Assembly: GCA_918797485.1 (NCBI GenBank)
Contig: CAKKNE010000002.1
Coordinates: 3,100,001 to 3,164,000 of the forward strand
Direction of reading: 5' to 3'
From: Pelagomonas calceolata
Taxonomy: Eukaryota
Length of the DNA: 64,000 nucleotides
The notes under the pieces: model-generated
What the model saw: only the letters and a program-made list of their open reading frames with translations
The model's database searches: none
Told to the model about the DNA's origin: nothing
In this document: positions 32,080 to 42,500 of the stretch, piece by piece
How the letters are laid out: each line of letters begins with the position of its first letter
Position numbering within the stretch: position 1 is the stretch's first letter
Program-made: the position numbers and the translations under genes

Positions 32080-32337
32080 TCACTCCTCCATCGCGTCGGC
32101 GCCGGCGTTTTTGGCGCCGCGCGAGGGCTTCTTCGCGCTCCGCTCGCGCGCCTTCGCGGCGCACTCGATGGCGATGGCCCTCCGGTCGCCCTTGTCTTTG
32201 CTCACGAGGACGGCGAGGTTTTTGACGTGCGGCGCCGATTTCTTATGCTTGCCCGTCCGCTGGAGCGGTCGCTTCGTCTGGCGCTTGCGCTTCGCGAAGC
32301 CGGCGGACTTTTTGCTCTTTTTGTTCGTGGCTCCCAT
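32080..32337 (-). CDS. Small basic Lys/Arg-rich protein (85 aa)
   Basis: MGATNKKSKKSAGFAKRKRQ..., strongly GC3-biased codons. Confidence 0.55.
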   Translation of the reverse strand: MGATNKKSKKSAGFAKRKRQTKRPLQRTGKHKKSAPHVKNLAVLVSKDKGDRRAIAIECAAKARERSAKKPSRGAKNAGADAMEE

Positions 32338-32613
32338 CGTCTGTATGATCGATGTGCGCACCGATTGGAATGCTGGCGGCGTTTCAGCTGTGGTGCAGTG
32401 TCGCAGAGCGCTGGCTATGGTGCTGCAGCAGCGAGTTGAGCTTGAAGCACAGCGGTGCAAGGCCGGCAGGTCTTAAGCACTTGTGCTGCTGGATGCCCTG
32501 AAACGCACAACTAAGCGCGCGCGGCACACGTAGACGCGTACGACAAGTTCGCCTGCTCTCGGTAATCCTAGCATATGTGTACGCTAGGTCTGCCATTTAT
32601 CCTGCGTGCATCG

Positions 32614-32648
32614 TGAGCTCGCGGGTTTCTACGTCGACAGCGTTTGCG
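32614..32648 (+). repeat. 35-bp dispersed element, copy 2
   Basis: TGAGCTCGCGGGTTTCTACGTCGACAGCGTTTGCG, 29 nt upstream of ATG 32678. Confidence 0.8.
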
Positions 32649-32677
32649 TGCATCGTGCTGGCAGCGTGCAAGCCACC

Positions 32678-34384
32678 ATGCGTGTAACTGTAGCATTGGG
32701 CTGCGCTGCAAGCCATGCCTTCCGACCACCGCTCCCACGCAAACTGCCGACCACGACACGCACTGCCATCGACGACCTCTACACGTCCAAGGGCGTGACG
32801 ACCACTACCACGCGCGCTGCCGTCGCGCCGCCGCCAGGCAAGAGCTGGCGCACGAAGGAAGGCCCACAATCAACACTCATCGCCGGCGGCGGCCCGGCCG
32901 GGTTATTAACGGCAATAGCCTTCGCGAAGCGCGGCTGGACGAACATAAGGGTCGTGGACAGATTAAGGGAGCCCTACGATCCGGGGGATGAGCTCATCTG
33001 GTCCGACGCCGCGCGCTTCTACCTCGTCGGTCTTGGACTAAGGGGCCAGACGGCGCTGACGGAGCTCGGCGCCTGGGACACCGTACAAAGCTACTGCGCC
33101 GAAGTTGTAGGGAGGAAGGACTGGGCGCCGGGCGCCGGCCCCGACGAAGGCGTCGAGCGCATTTTTACGGACCGGCCCGTGTCGACGCAGGTCATTGCCA
33201 GGGACCGCATGCAAGGTGCTTTGTATAAAGTCGCGAAAGAGAAATACGGATCTCAAATTAACTTCGACTGGGAGACCGAGGTCGACGTCGAGGACGACGA
33301 CGTGACATTAACGAAAGGTGCGACGGAGGAGGTCCTGCGGCCCTCATTAATAGTGGGCGCCGACGGCACGGCGCGGACCGTGGCCATGGCGCTCGAGGAA
33401 AATGATCGACGAGTCAGGATAAAGCGCTACGACGACGACAACTGCCGGGTCTTCAAGACCGTTCCCTTAGATTTACCAGAAGGTTGGCGCGGCGACGTGA
33501 ACTACTCCACGCGCTCGAAGGGCGGTCGCATGAATTTTGATGCCTTGCCGTCCGACGCCGAGAACCGGCGCTACTGCGGCGTGCTGTTGTTGCGGGAAGG
33601 CGACGCCCTCGCCCAGGAGGACTCCTCTCCCGACGAATTAAGAGCGCTCATGAAGGAGTGCCTGCCGCAGTTCGAGCCGTTCGTGAATGACGAGAATTTG
33701 AATAACATCGCGAAGAAGCCCGCTAGTCGTTTACCTGGGTTCCGGTATGTGGGCCCCAGGATCCACAAGGCCGATAGAGTTGTGCTGTTGGGGGATGCGA
33801 TCCATACCGTGAAGCCCTACTTCGGGCTGGGCGCGAACAGCGCCTTCGAGGACGTCACGTCACTTGACAAGTGTCTTGATGAGCATGACAACGGTGCCGA
33901 CGCTCTCAAGGCATTTTCAAGGGCAAGAGCCCCGGAGGCGAAAGCGCTGGTCCAGATCTCGCGCGGCTTCGACCGGCCGGGGTTCCGAGGCTTCGTGTCG
34001 TTCATCTTACCTATCATCCTGGACTCGATCTTCCACGCGAAGTTCCCGAAGGTCTTCGGTCCGAACACGATCGCGTCCTTGCAGCGGCGGGACACTTTTG
34101 TTAGAGTGCGCTGGAACAAGCGGCGGGACCGCTTGCTACAAGTCGCGGTGCTGGGCAGCGGGCTGTACCTCGCGGCGTCCTCTGTGCGTTTGTTGGCGCG
34201 CCTCGCTTTGTCGACGCCGGCGGCGCGGCGCACATCCTTAATCGGCGCGGCGGCCGTCGCGGTAGCTGGCCTTGCTGCGAAGGCCCTCTCGTTTTTTGAA
34301 CGAGGTATGGCTCCAGCGGATGTATTGACGAAGACGAACTCCTCGCCGGTGGCGAACTCGAACGAGGACTTCGTGACGAACTAA
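32678..34384 (+). CDS. FAD-dependent monooxygenase, kynurenine 3-monooxygenase-like, probably plastid-targeted
   Basis: IAGGGPAGLLTA, IVGADG, VVLLGDAIHTVKPYFGLGANSAFED; N-terminus ...AASHA-FRP resembles the ASAF cleavage motif. Confidence 0.8.
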   Translation: MRVTVALGCAASHAFRPPLPRKLPTTTRTAIDDLYTSKGVTTTTTRAAVAPPPGKSWRTKEGPQSTLIAGGGPAGLLTAIAFAKRGWTNIRVVDRLREPYDPGDELIWSDAARFYLVGLGLRGQTALTELGAWDTVQSYCAEVVGRKDWAPGAGPDEGVERIFTDRPVSTQVIARDRMQGALYKVAKEKYGSQINFDWETEVDVEDDDVTLTKGATEEVLRPSLIVGADGTARTVAMALEENDRRVRIKRYDDDNCRVFKTVPLDLPEGWRGDVNYSTRSKGGRMNFDALPSDAENRRYCGVLLLREGDALAQEDSSPDELRALMKECLPQFEPFVNDENLNNIAKKPASRLPGFRYVGPRIHKADRVVLLGDAIHTVKPYFGLGANSAFEDVTSLDKCLDEHDNGADALKAFSRARAPEAKALVQISRGFDRPGFRGFVSFILPIILDSIFHAKFPKVFGPNTIASLQRRDTFVRVRWNKRRDRLLQVAVLGSGLYLAASSVRLLARLALSTPAARRTSLIGAAAVAVAGLAAKALSFFERGMAPADVLTKTNSSPVANSNEDFVTN

Positions 34385-34395
34385 GACTTAATTAA

Positions 34396-35184
34396 TTAGA
34401 GCTCGACCTTCCCGCTGCCGCGAAAGAGCGCCGCCGTGCGGAGCTCCGCATTCCTAAAGTTCGTCGCCAGCGCCGGGTCGGCCGCGTGCGCCGTGAACAT
34501 GTGCTTCAGGAAGACCCAGTGCGCGACGACGGCGATATTCCGTTCGGGCCGGTTCTTCAGCCAATTCAGGAACTCGTCCGCTCTCTCATAACAAAGCGTC
34601 GCCGCCATCTCCGAGGGCTCGTTCTCCTTGCGCGCCGTCCACAGGACGTCGTCCTCGTCCTTCACGAGGGCGAAGTCGACGAAGGGGAAATCCTTCCTCA
34701 GGTCAGTCAGGGTCCGCCGGTGGTCGCACTCGTGGACGGAGATGCGCTCGCGGCAGAGTTCGGTGCCGACGAAGGTCGTGGGCCAGCCTGGCAGATCTTT
34801 AAAACCGGTTTGAGCCGTCTGGATCGTGCGCGACAGCGTGCTCACGACGACTAACTCTGGCGGCGGCACGGACCTTTTGCGGAGGTCTGCGTTCAGCTGT
34901 TGCGACTGCGCGACGCCGGCCGGCGTCAGGCGCGCGTCGCGGTACTTGGGGTCGAGCCCCAGGTTGTCGGACTTCCAGTTCGGCAGCTCGCGCTCGCCCT
35001 TGTTGTGGTAGCCCTCGGCGTGCCTCACGAAATAGATCGTCTTCTCGTCGTCGCTCGTCGCCTCGCCGGGCCGCAGCTGGAGCTGCGGCGAGGTCGTCGC
35101 GAGCGCGCGCGAGGCGAGGGTGGTCGCGAGCAAGAAGTTGCGGCGCTCCAGCAGCAAGCGCGTGGCGGCGAGGAGGCGCACCAT
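34396..35184 (-). CDS. Histidine phosphatase / phosphoglycerate mutase-like protein
   Basis: IYFVRHAEGYHN, DARLTPAG, STLSRTIQTA, CRE...CDHRR, IAVVAH. Confidence 0.85.
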   Translation of the reverse strand: MVRLLAATRLLLERRNFLLATTLASRALATTSPQLQLRPGEATSDDEKTIYFVRHAEGYHNKGERELPNWKSDNLGLDPKYRDARLTPAGVAQSQQLNADLRKRSVPPPELVVVSTLSRTIQTAQTGFKDLPGWPTTFVGTELCRERISVHECDHRRTLTDLRKDFPFVDFALVKDEDDVLWTARKENEPSEMAATLCYERADEFLNWLKNRPERNIAVVAHWVFLKHMFTAHAADPALATNFRNAELRTAALFRGSGKVEL

Positions 35185-35540
35185 ATTTGTGGACGCGGTG
35201 GCGCCACAGAATAGCGTCAAAACGCGGCGCCGGCGTGTGTGCAGTGTGCACACCCAGTGGTCAGTGAGAGCAGTGCAGCACAAGCTACGCGCGGATCTTG
35301 CACGAGGGCTCGAACAGCTCAACTAGCGAGCGATTCCCAGCAAATGCGCACGACGGCTGCACGTATACGTTGTTGTCACGCCGCGGACGCCAAAGGCGAT
35401 AATCACTAGCGACACAGAGGCACTAGCTTCAACGCGTCCAAAGCCGCTGTGCGCAGGAACTCGAGTGAGAGCAGCCGCCGAGCTGCCAAAACGCGCCCCC
35501 GCAACCGAGTTATAGGAGAGGGGCTGCCCCGCGCACGAGT

Positions 35541-36161
35541 ATGACGAGCATGTGGACCTACCCCGGCCTCCAGCCCGTCTCCTGCGACGACCGCACGCGC
35601 GTCCAGGAAATACCGTTGGCGACCGTCCGGATAACCATCTGCGGCGAGCCGCCGGTCGCCATGATCTGGAACCCTGATTTAGCGCCGACGCTCCACCCGG
35701 ATAAAGTGCGGCGGTGGTTTAACGGCGGCGGCATCGGAGGCACGGGCGGCTCGACGCAGGACTGGGACGACGACCAGGTCGCCGAGTTCGTCCGGCTTTT
35801 GTGCATCGTGCACCACGGGCCGAGCATTGATAAGGCGGGGCACCGCGTACGGTTGCGCGAGGACTGCGGCGAGTTTTTTGAATATATGAAGCGGCAGAAG
35901 CTGAGGTACGACCGGGAAGTACTATTGCACTGGTTCGCGCTGAAGTTCGTCAATGAACGGGCACAAACGAAACGCTGGGTCACGCCGTCGAACCTCGAGG
36001 CGCTCTGGGACGCGGCGGCCGAGGCGCTGGAACGGCCCGCGGCGCCGCCGAAGCTCAAGCCGCATCCCGACCCGCCCTGGGGGCCCGACCCCGACGCCGC
36101 CGCGCCCCCGGAGCCGCCGCTGCCCGACGAGGCGCCCGCCGAGGAGGCGGCGCCGGCGTAA
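35541..36161 (+). CDS. Hypothetical protein (206 aa, Pro-rich tail)
   Basis: ATG-TAA ORF with GC3-rich codons; no recognisable motif. Confidence 0.55.
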   Translation: MTSMWTYPGLQPVSCDDRTRVQEIPLATVRITICGEPPVAMIWNPDLAPTLHPDKVRRWFNGGGIGGTGGSTQDWDDDQVAEFVRLLCIVHHGPSIDKAGHRVRLREDCGEFFEYMKRQKLRYDREVLLHWFALKFVNERAQTKRWVTPSNLEALWDAAAEALERPAAPPKLKPHPDPPWGPDPDAAAPPEPPLPDEAPAEEAAPA

Positions 36162-36556
36162 ATGAATGTGATTGGTTCTGGGTCGTAAGGGGGGGCACCG
36201 CGCGCCGATTTATCGGGCCGGGCGGCGGGCACGTGCCGCGTCATTCATAAGCAGAACCACCTCGGCACCCCCGAACCGGAGCGCGTTGGCCGCCGTTCAC
36301 GGAGTTCGCCGTTCGCTTCGATGTTACGGTGCTAGGACTTCGCCGTTCACAGCTAGTGTGTGTCGACACACTAGGTTTTCCTGGAGGGCAGAGCGCCGAC
36401 AATATGGCCATGTCCGCGCAGAGCGCCGCGCCGGTGGGTGGCTCCCATCCACGACACCGCAGGCGGTAACTGGTGCGAGTCTGACGGGCAGCCTCTGCCG
36501 ACAGCTAAACAAAAAACCACTGTAGCGCCGCAGCAGCGCATCGCAAGCGCGCGGTG

Positions 36557-39500
36557 ATGCGGCGGGCGGCGGTCCTCGCGGCGTGCGCGGTCGCGGCCAC
36601 CGCGCAGACCGACGACGGCGGCGGCTTCGCGTGCGTCGCCTGCGCGGCCGAGGAGAGCCTCACCGCCTGGTACGTCGCCGTCTCAAACACCGAGTACACC
36701 TGCGACCCGGCGACGTACCCTATCTATGTAAACAAGGACGGAGTCCCGACGACGGCGCACGTCTTCAAGCACCCGGCCTGCAGCTACGAGTACGGCACGC
36801 GCGCCGGGGCCACGGGCGGCGCCATCAGCTGGGTGACGCAGTGGTGCGCCGACGACGGGACCATCTGGGAGGCCTCGGACTGCGCGTGCGAGGCCGCGGG
36901 CGGCGGGGCGTGCGCCGCCCCGGGCTACGACGACGACGACGGCTACGACGACGACGACGACGCCCCCTGCGACTACGACCCCGGGTCCTGCGTCGACGAC
37001 CGGACAACCACGGATGCCTTCGGCGACGGCTGCGCGTGGTACGCTTGTAACCAAGGGGAATGCGGCGACTACGACGACGGCGACTTCGCGGCGCGGGACC
37101 AGTGCTGCGCCTGCGGCGGCGGCACGCTCGCCCCGTCCGCCTCCGACGACGACACGAATAAGCCGTCCGCCTCCGACGACGGCGGCGACGGCTGTGTGCT
37201 CCACGTCGCCGGTCCCGTCGTCACCTCCCCGAGCAACCAGGTCGCCACCGTCGACTCGCTCCAAAACTACGAGCTCGCGTTCACGATGGAGCTGGCGAGC
37301 GACTGGACGCCCAGCCTCGGTACGGGCCATTGGCAGTCCATCCTCCGCATCGGCAATTTGGATTACCAGCGGTTGCCTGGCATCTGGTTTCACGAGACTC
37401 AAAACGCCTTGTACGTGATGCAATCCTACAGCGGCTGCGTGGGGTCCCCGTGGTCTAATAACATCTGCGAGTGGGGCGTGACGACGACGGGCGTCACCTT
37501 TACGGCCGGCGTGACCTACGAGATCAGAGTTGTCGTCGAGAGCAACCAGATGACAGTGTACGTCGACGGCGTCTCCGTCGGCACTGCGTCGGGGCCTGCG
37601 GTCGACACAGTGACGGACGCGGCGGTCTACGTCGGGGATCCGTGGTGGGACTGGGACACCGCCAAAGTGACGCTCTCCGACGTCACGCTCTCCGACGCCG
37701 CGCTCGCCGGCGCCTGCGACGCAAAAAAGTCCTCCGATGGCGGCGGTCTGTGGGTCACGGCCGACGTGGGCACCTACGACGAGATGCAGGCGGCGTGCGA
37801 GCAGGGCGGCGGCCACCTCGTCGTGCCGGCCTCGGAGGACGAGCGCCTGGCCGCGCTCGATGCAGTAAAGGCGTCGGTCCACGGCGACGTCGAGATCTGG
37901 GTCGGCTACACGCTGCCGAGCGGCAGCGACCCCGGGACCATGGCGAACTACGACGGCGAGAGCGGCCTCACCATGGAGGAGGTCGGGTTCTACCTGTGGG
38001 ACTCGAACTGCGGCAAGTGCGGCACGAGCCAGTCGTGGGACCGCTGCGTGCACCACACCACCGTGGCGACGGGCGGCGGCACGCCGGGCTACTACATGGC
38101 CACGTGCTCCGGTCCGCGGCCCGGCGTCTGCCAGCCGGCCGGCCTGTGGGCCGGTTCGCTCGCGCCCGGCTACACGCATCTCCCCATGACCTGCGTGAAC
38201 CACCACAACATCGAGCTCCACGCGGGGAAGACCGTGGCCGAGTGCGCCGCGATTTGCGACGCCAACGCGCTGTGCCTGGCCTTCGAGTACGGCGTTGACT
38301 ACGGCGGGGACGGTGAGTACGAAGCGGGGGACTGCCAGGAGCAGAGCTCGGCGGTTCTGAACGGTTGCGACGGCGCGCACCACAACCTGGACTTGTACGT
38401 CAAGGACCAGTCGTCCTTCCCTCTGGACGATACCACGATCCGCGAGGCCGTCGCGGCGTGGCTCGCGGACGCGACCGCCGCCGAGGCGGCGTACGGCCAC
38501 ATTTCTACGTGGAAGACTGGGGGGGTGACGGACATGGCAGACTTGTTTTGCGCGTCCGAAACTAACGGTAATTGCGCCTCCAGCTCTTCTAGCGATCACG
38601 CGGCGGCCGCGGCGTCCTTCAACGAGGACATCAGCGCGTGGGATACCTCGGGCGTTACCACGATGATCAGGATGTTCTACGAAGCTTCGTCCTTCAACCA
38701 GCCGCTCAGCGGCTGGCAGGTCGACAAGGTCACGCATATGAACTACATGTTCGGCGAGGCTTCGGCCTTTAACCAGGACATCGGTGACTGGGCGGTCGAC
38801 AGTGCCATCAACATGAAGTACATGTTCTACAAAGCCTCGTCGTTTAACCAGGACCTTGGTGATTGGGCGGTCCACAGCGTTACGAGCATGAACAGGATGT
38901 TCCAATCCGCCACTGCATTTAACCAGGACCTCGGCTGGTGCGTGGTCAACAACGCGGACCTGTATAGCGCCTTCTACCTGTCCGCGTGCGAACCCAATTG
39001 GATTGGCGGGCGCACAAGCTGTGGCGTCGTGCGAAAGGACGAAAACGGCGAATGCTCCACCGAAATCCTTACAGACAACTCGATCCACGTGGCGGTCTGG
39101 CGGTGGTTCAGGGACGAATCTGCCACCGAGGCCACGTACGGCCACATTTCCACGTGGAAGACATCAGAAGTGACGGAAATGGATGATTTGTTCATAAACC
39201 AAGGATCCTTCAACGAGGACATCAGCGCATGGGATACCTCGGGCGTTACAATGATGGCCAGGATGTTCTACCAAGCTTCGTCCTTCAACCAGCCGCTCAG
39301 CGGCTGGCAAGTAGACAAGGTCATGAATATGAACCAGATGTTCGGCGGGGCTTCGGCCTTCGACCAGGACCTCGGCTGGTGCGTAGGCGACGACGTGCTC
39401 CAGGTAGGCGCGTTCGACAACGCCCCCTGCGAGGCGACGTCGTGCGGCGTCACGCAAGGCACCTGCAAACCGACGCCCGCGCCGACAGCCTTCGACGGTA

Positions 39501-42500
39501 AGTTCTACGACAGCAACATCAGAACGGCCGTCATCGCGTGGGCCTCAGACGCGACGGCCGCCGAGGCGACGTACGGCCCCATCTCGACGTGGGACACATC
39601 GGGGGTGACGGACATGGAAGGCTTGTTTTGCGCGGTAGATTTAGACGACGACGGCTGGAGCGATTGCCTGGGCTCGGCTGCAGCGTCCTTCAACGAGGAC
39701 ATCAGCGCGTGGGATACCTCGGGCGTTACAATGATGGCCAGGATGTTCTACAAAGCTTCGTCCTTCAACCAGCCGCTCAGCGGATGGCAAGTCGACAAGG
39801 TCACGAATATGAACTTCATGTTCAGCGAAGCCTCCGCCTTTAACCAGGACATCGGTGACTGGGCGCTCGACAGCGTCACGCACATCACGTCCATGTTCGA
39901 AGGCGCCTCGGCCTTTAACCAGGACCTCGGCTGGTGCGTGGGCGACGACGTGAACCTGGGCGACGCGTTCTCCGACACCCCCTGCGAGTCGACGTCGTGC
40001 GGCGTCGTTCAGAATGCTGCGGGCACGTGCGCGCCGACGCCCGCGCCGTCGCCCAGCGCCGCGGCGCCCGACCACCCGCACTGGCGCTGGGGCGCGGCGG
40101 GCCAGAGCTGCGACCAGGCCTGCGCGCCGACGGGCCTCGCGTGCAACGCGCAGCCCATGGCGACCGTCACGACGCTGACGCGGTTCCGGGCGCTCGCCGG
40201 CGCGATCAACTCGCCGACGACCCCCGACGGCATCACGGGCGTGGGCGGCCACACGGCGCCCGACCAGGCCCCGTTCTCCGACATTGGGTCGGGAAACGGC
40301 GAATACGATCAACTCGCCTTCCTGGCGACGGGCACGCCGACCTGCGCCGGCGCGCACAGCAACCGCGCCCGCCTCTGCTACTGCGGCGCCTTTGATGACA
40401 CGAGCATCGTCACGGCGCGCGACGCGTGGCTCGCGGACGCGACCGCCGCCGAGGCGGCCTACGGCCACATCGCGACGTGGGGCACCGGCGGCGTGACGCA
40501 CATGAAGGCATTGTTTTGTGCGAGCGCGGTGGGCGACTGCAACGCGGCCGCGGCGTCCTTCAACGAGGACATCAGCGCGTGGGATACCTCGAGCGTCACG
40601 ACGATGTGGAACATGTTCAGAGGAGCCTCGTCGTTCAACCAAACGCTGGGCGACTGGCAGGTCGACCAGGTCACGGACACGCGCTTCATGTTCGCCGACG
40701 CCGCGGCGTTCAACCGGCCGCTCGGCGACTGGAGCGTGGGCAACGTCGGGGATATGCGCCAGATGTTCAACGGAGCCACGTCGTTCAACCAGCCGCTGAG
40801 CGGCTGGAGCGTCGTCCAGGTCACGAATATGAGGGGCATGTTCCAGGACGCCGCGTCGTTCGACCAGGACCTCGGCGCCTGGAGCGTCGGCGGCGTCACG
40901 AACATGGCGAACATCTTCAACGGCGCCTCGGCCTTCGACCAGGACCTCGGGTGGTGCGTGGCCACGAGCGTGAACAAGAACAACGCCTTCGCCGGCAGCG
41001 CGTGCGCGGCGACGGCGTGCGACGTCGTGGCAAAGGACAATTGCGCTAGCGTCATGGACGACACCACGATCCGCGAGGCCGTCTCAACATATCTCGCCGA
41101 CCAGTCGGCCGCCGACGCGACGTACGGCCCCATCGAGAAGTGGGACACGTCCCGGGTCACGGACATGGCCGGGCTCTTCTGCCGGGACTGTGGAATGGAG
41201 ACGCAGCACTTCAACGCCGACATCCGGGACTGGGACACGTCCGCCGTCACGTCGCTGCGCCAGACGTTCAAGGGCGCCGCGTCGTTCGGCCAGCCGATCG
41301 GCGGCTGGGACGTCTCCCAGGTCACGGACCTGCACGAGACGTTTCGGGGAGCGACGAGCTTTAACACGCCGCTCAACGACTGGGACGTGGCTCAAGTCAC
41401 AACCTTCTACCACACGTTCGCCTGGGCCACGGCTTTTAACATGCAGCTGAACAAGTGGGCGATGGGGAGTGCCACGACGATCGAAGGCATGTTCCGCAAC
41501 ACGAACTACAACCAGAATTTGGGCTGGTGCCTCGAGATTGATCTTGTAGACGTCTTCAAGAACGCCGCGTGCAGTTTGACGGCGTGCGGCGTCGAGCAGG
41601 GCTTCGACGAGGGCGGCCGCTGCAAGCCCCTCGTCACGCCCGCGCCGACGCCGGCCCCGACGCCTTTGCCAACACTCGCGCCCACGGAGTGTTCGGTGCG
41701 GGCGCCGCCCCAGGTCCTCGAGGCGACCTTCAGCCCGGGCGTCGAGGTCATGATCAAGTTCGACGCGCCGACGGACATGTTCTCCAAAAGCGTCGAGGAG
41801 ACCTTCCAGTGCTACGAGGTCCTGGACTTCAATGATAACGACCGGGACTCGACGCCGATGGACTGCTCGTTCATCAGCAGCACGGCGGTGCTGATCGCGG
41901 CGAAGGACGAGGTGAACCGCGCGGGCTGGACCGTCGCGCTGCGGCCGTGCGTCGTCGGGCTCGAGGACGCGAAGGCGTGGGACTGCGACTGCGCGTCGAC
42001 CGAGGACGACATGACCGTCGTGACGATCGAGGTGCCGGACGAGCTCCAGAAGCCCGAGGCGCGGCTCGAGGGCCCGCAGCAGGCGGCGACCTGCGAAATT
42101 TTAAAAATTGACGCGTCGCCGTCGATCGGCGGGCTGGGCAGCGCCTTCACGTCCTACGCCTGGGCGGCGGCGGCGCCGGACGCGTCGGCGGACGCCCAGC
42201 AGGAGCTCGCGGACGAGATCGCGCGGGCGTCGGTGAAAAACTTTCACACCTTGAACTTCCCGACCGGGCTCCTTGCGCTGCTCGGCGGCGACACGCGCGT
42301 CGACGTCACCGTCACCGTGACGGACTGGATGGGCTACGAGGACACGTCCGACGTCTTCAGCGTCGAGCTCCTCGCCGGCGAGCCGCCGACGGTGTCGATC
42401 CCCGGCGATCCAACAAGAACGCTCACGCGCGCCGACGCGCTGGGCGTCGAGGCCGTGGCCATCGCGACGGGCTGCGACGGCCGCCCGGACGTCGACCGCG

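Noticed and set aside
29170..35184. Cyclase + monooxygenase + phosphatase as a biosynthetic gene cluster
   Set aside because: The monooxygenase looks KMO-like and plastid-targeted rather than a squalene epoxidase; the adjacency is explained by gene density
36683..39145. 820-aa antisense ORF (also 4914..6266, 13105..14385 and many shorter ones)
   Set aside because: Shadow ORFs opposite well-supported GC3-rich genes; no motifs
38420..41600. Regularly recurring ~35-bp near-identical sequences resembling a CRISPR array
   Set aside because: They are in-frame coding repeats hundreds of bp apart in a eukaryotic gene; no cas genes
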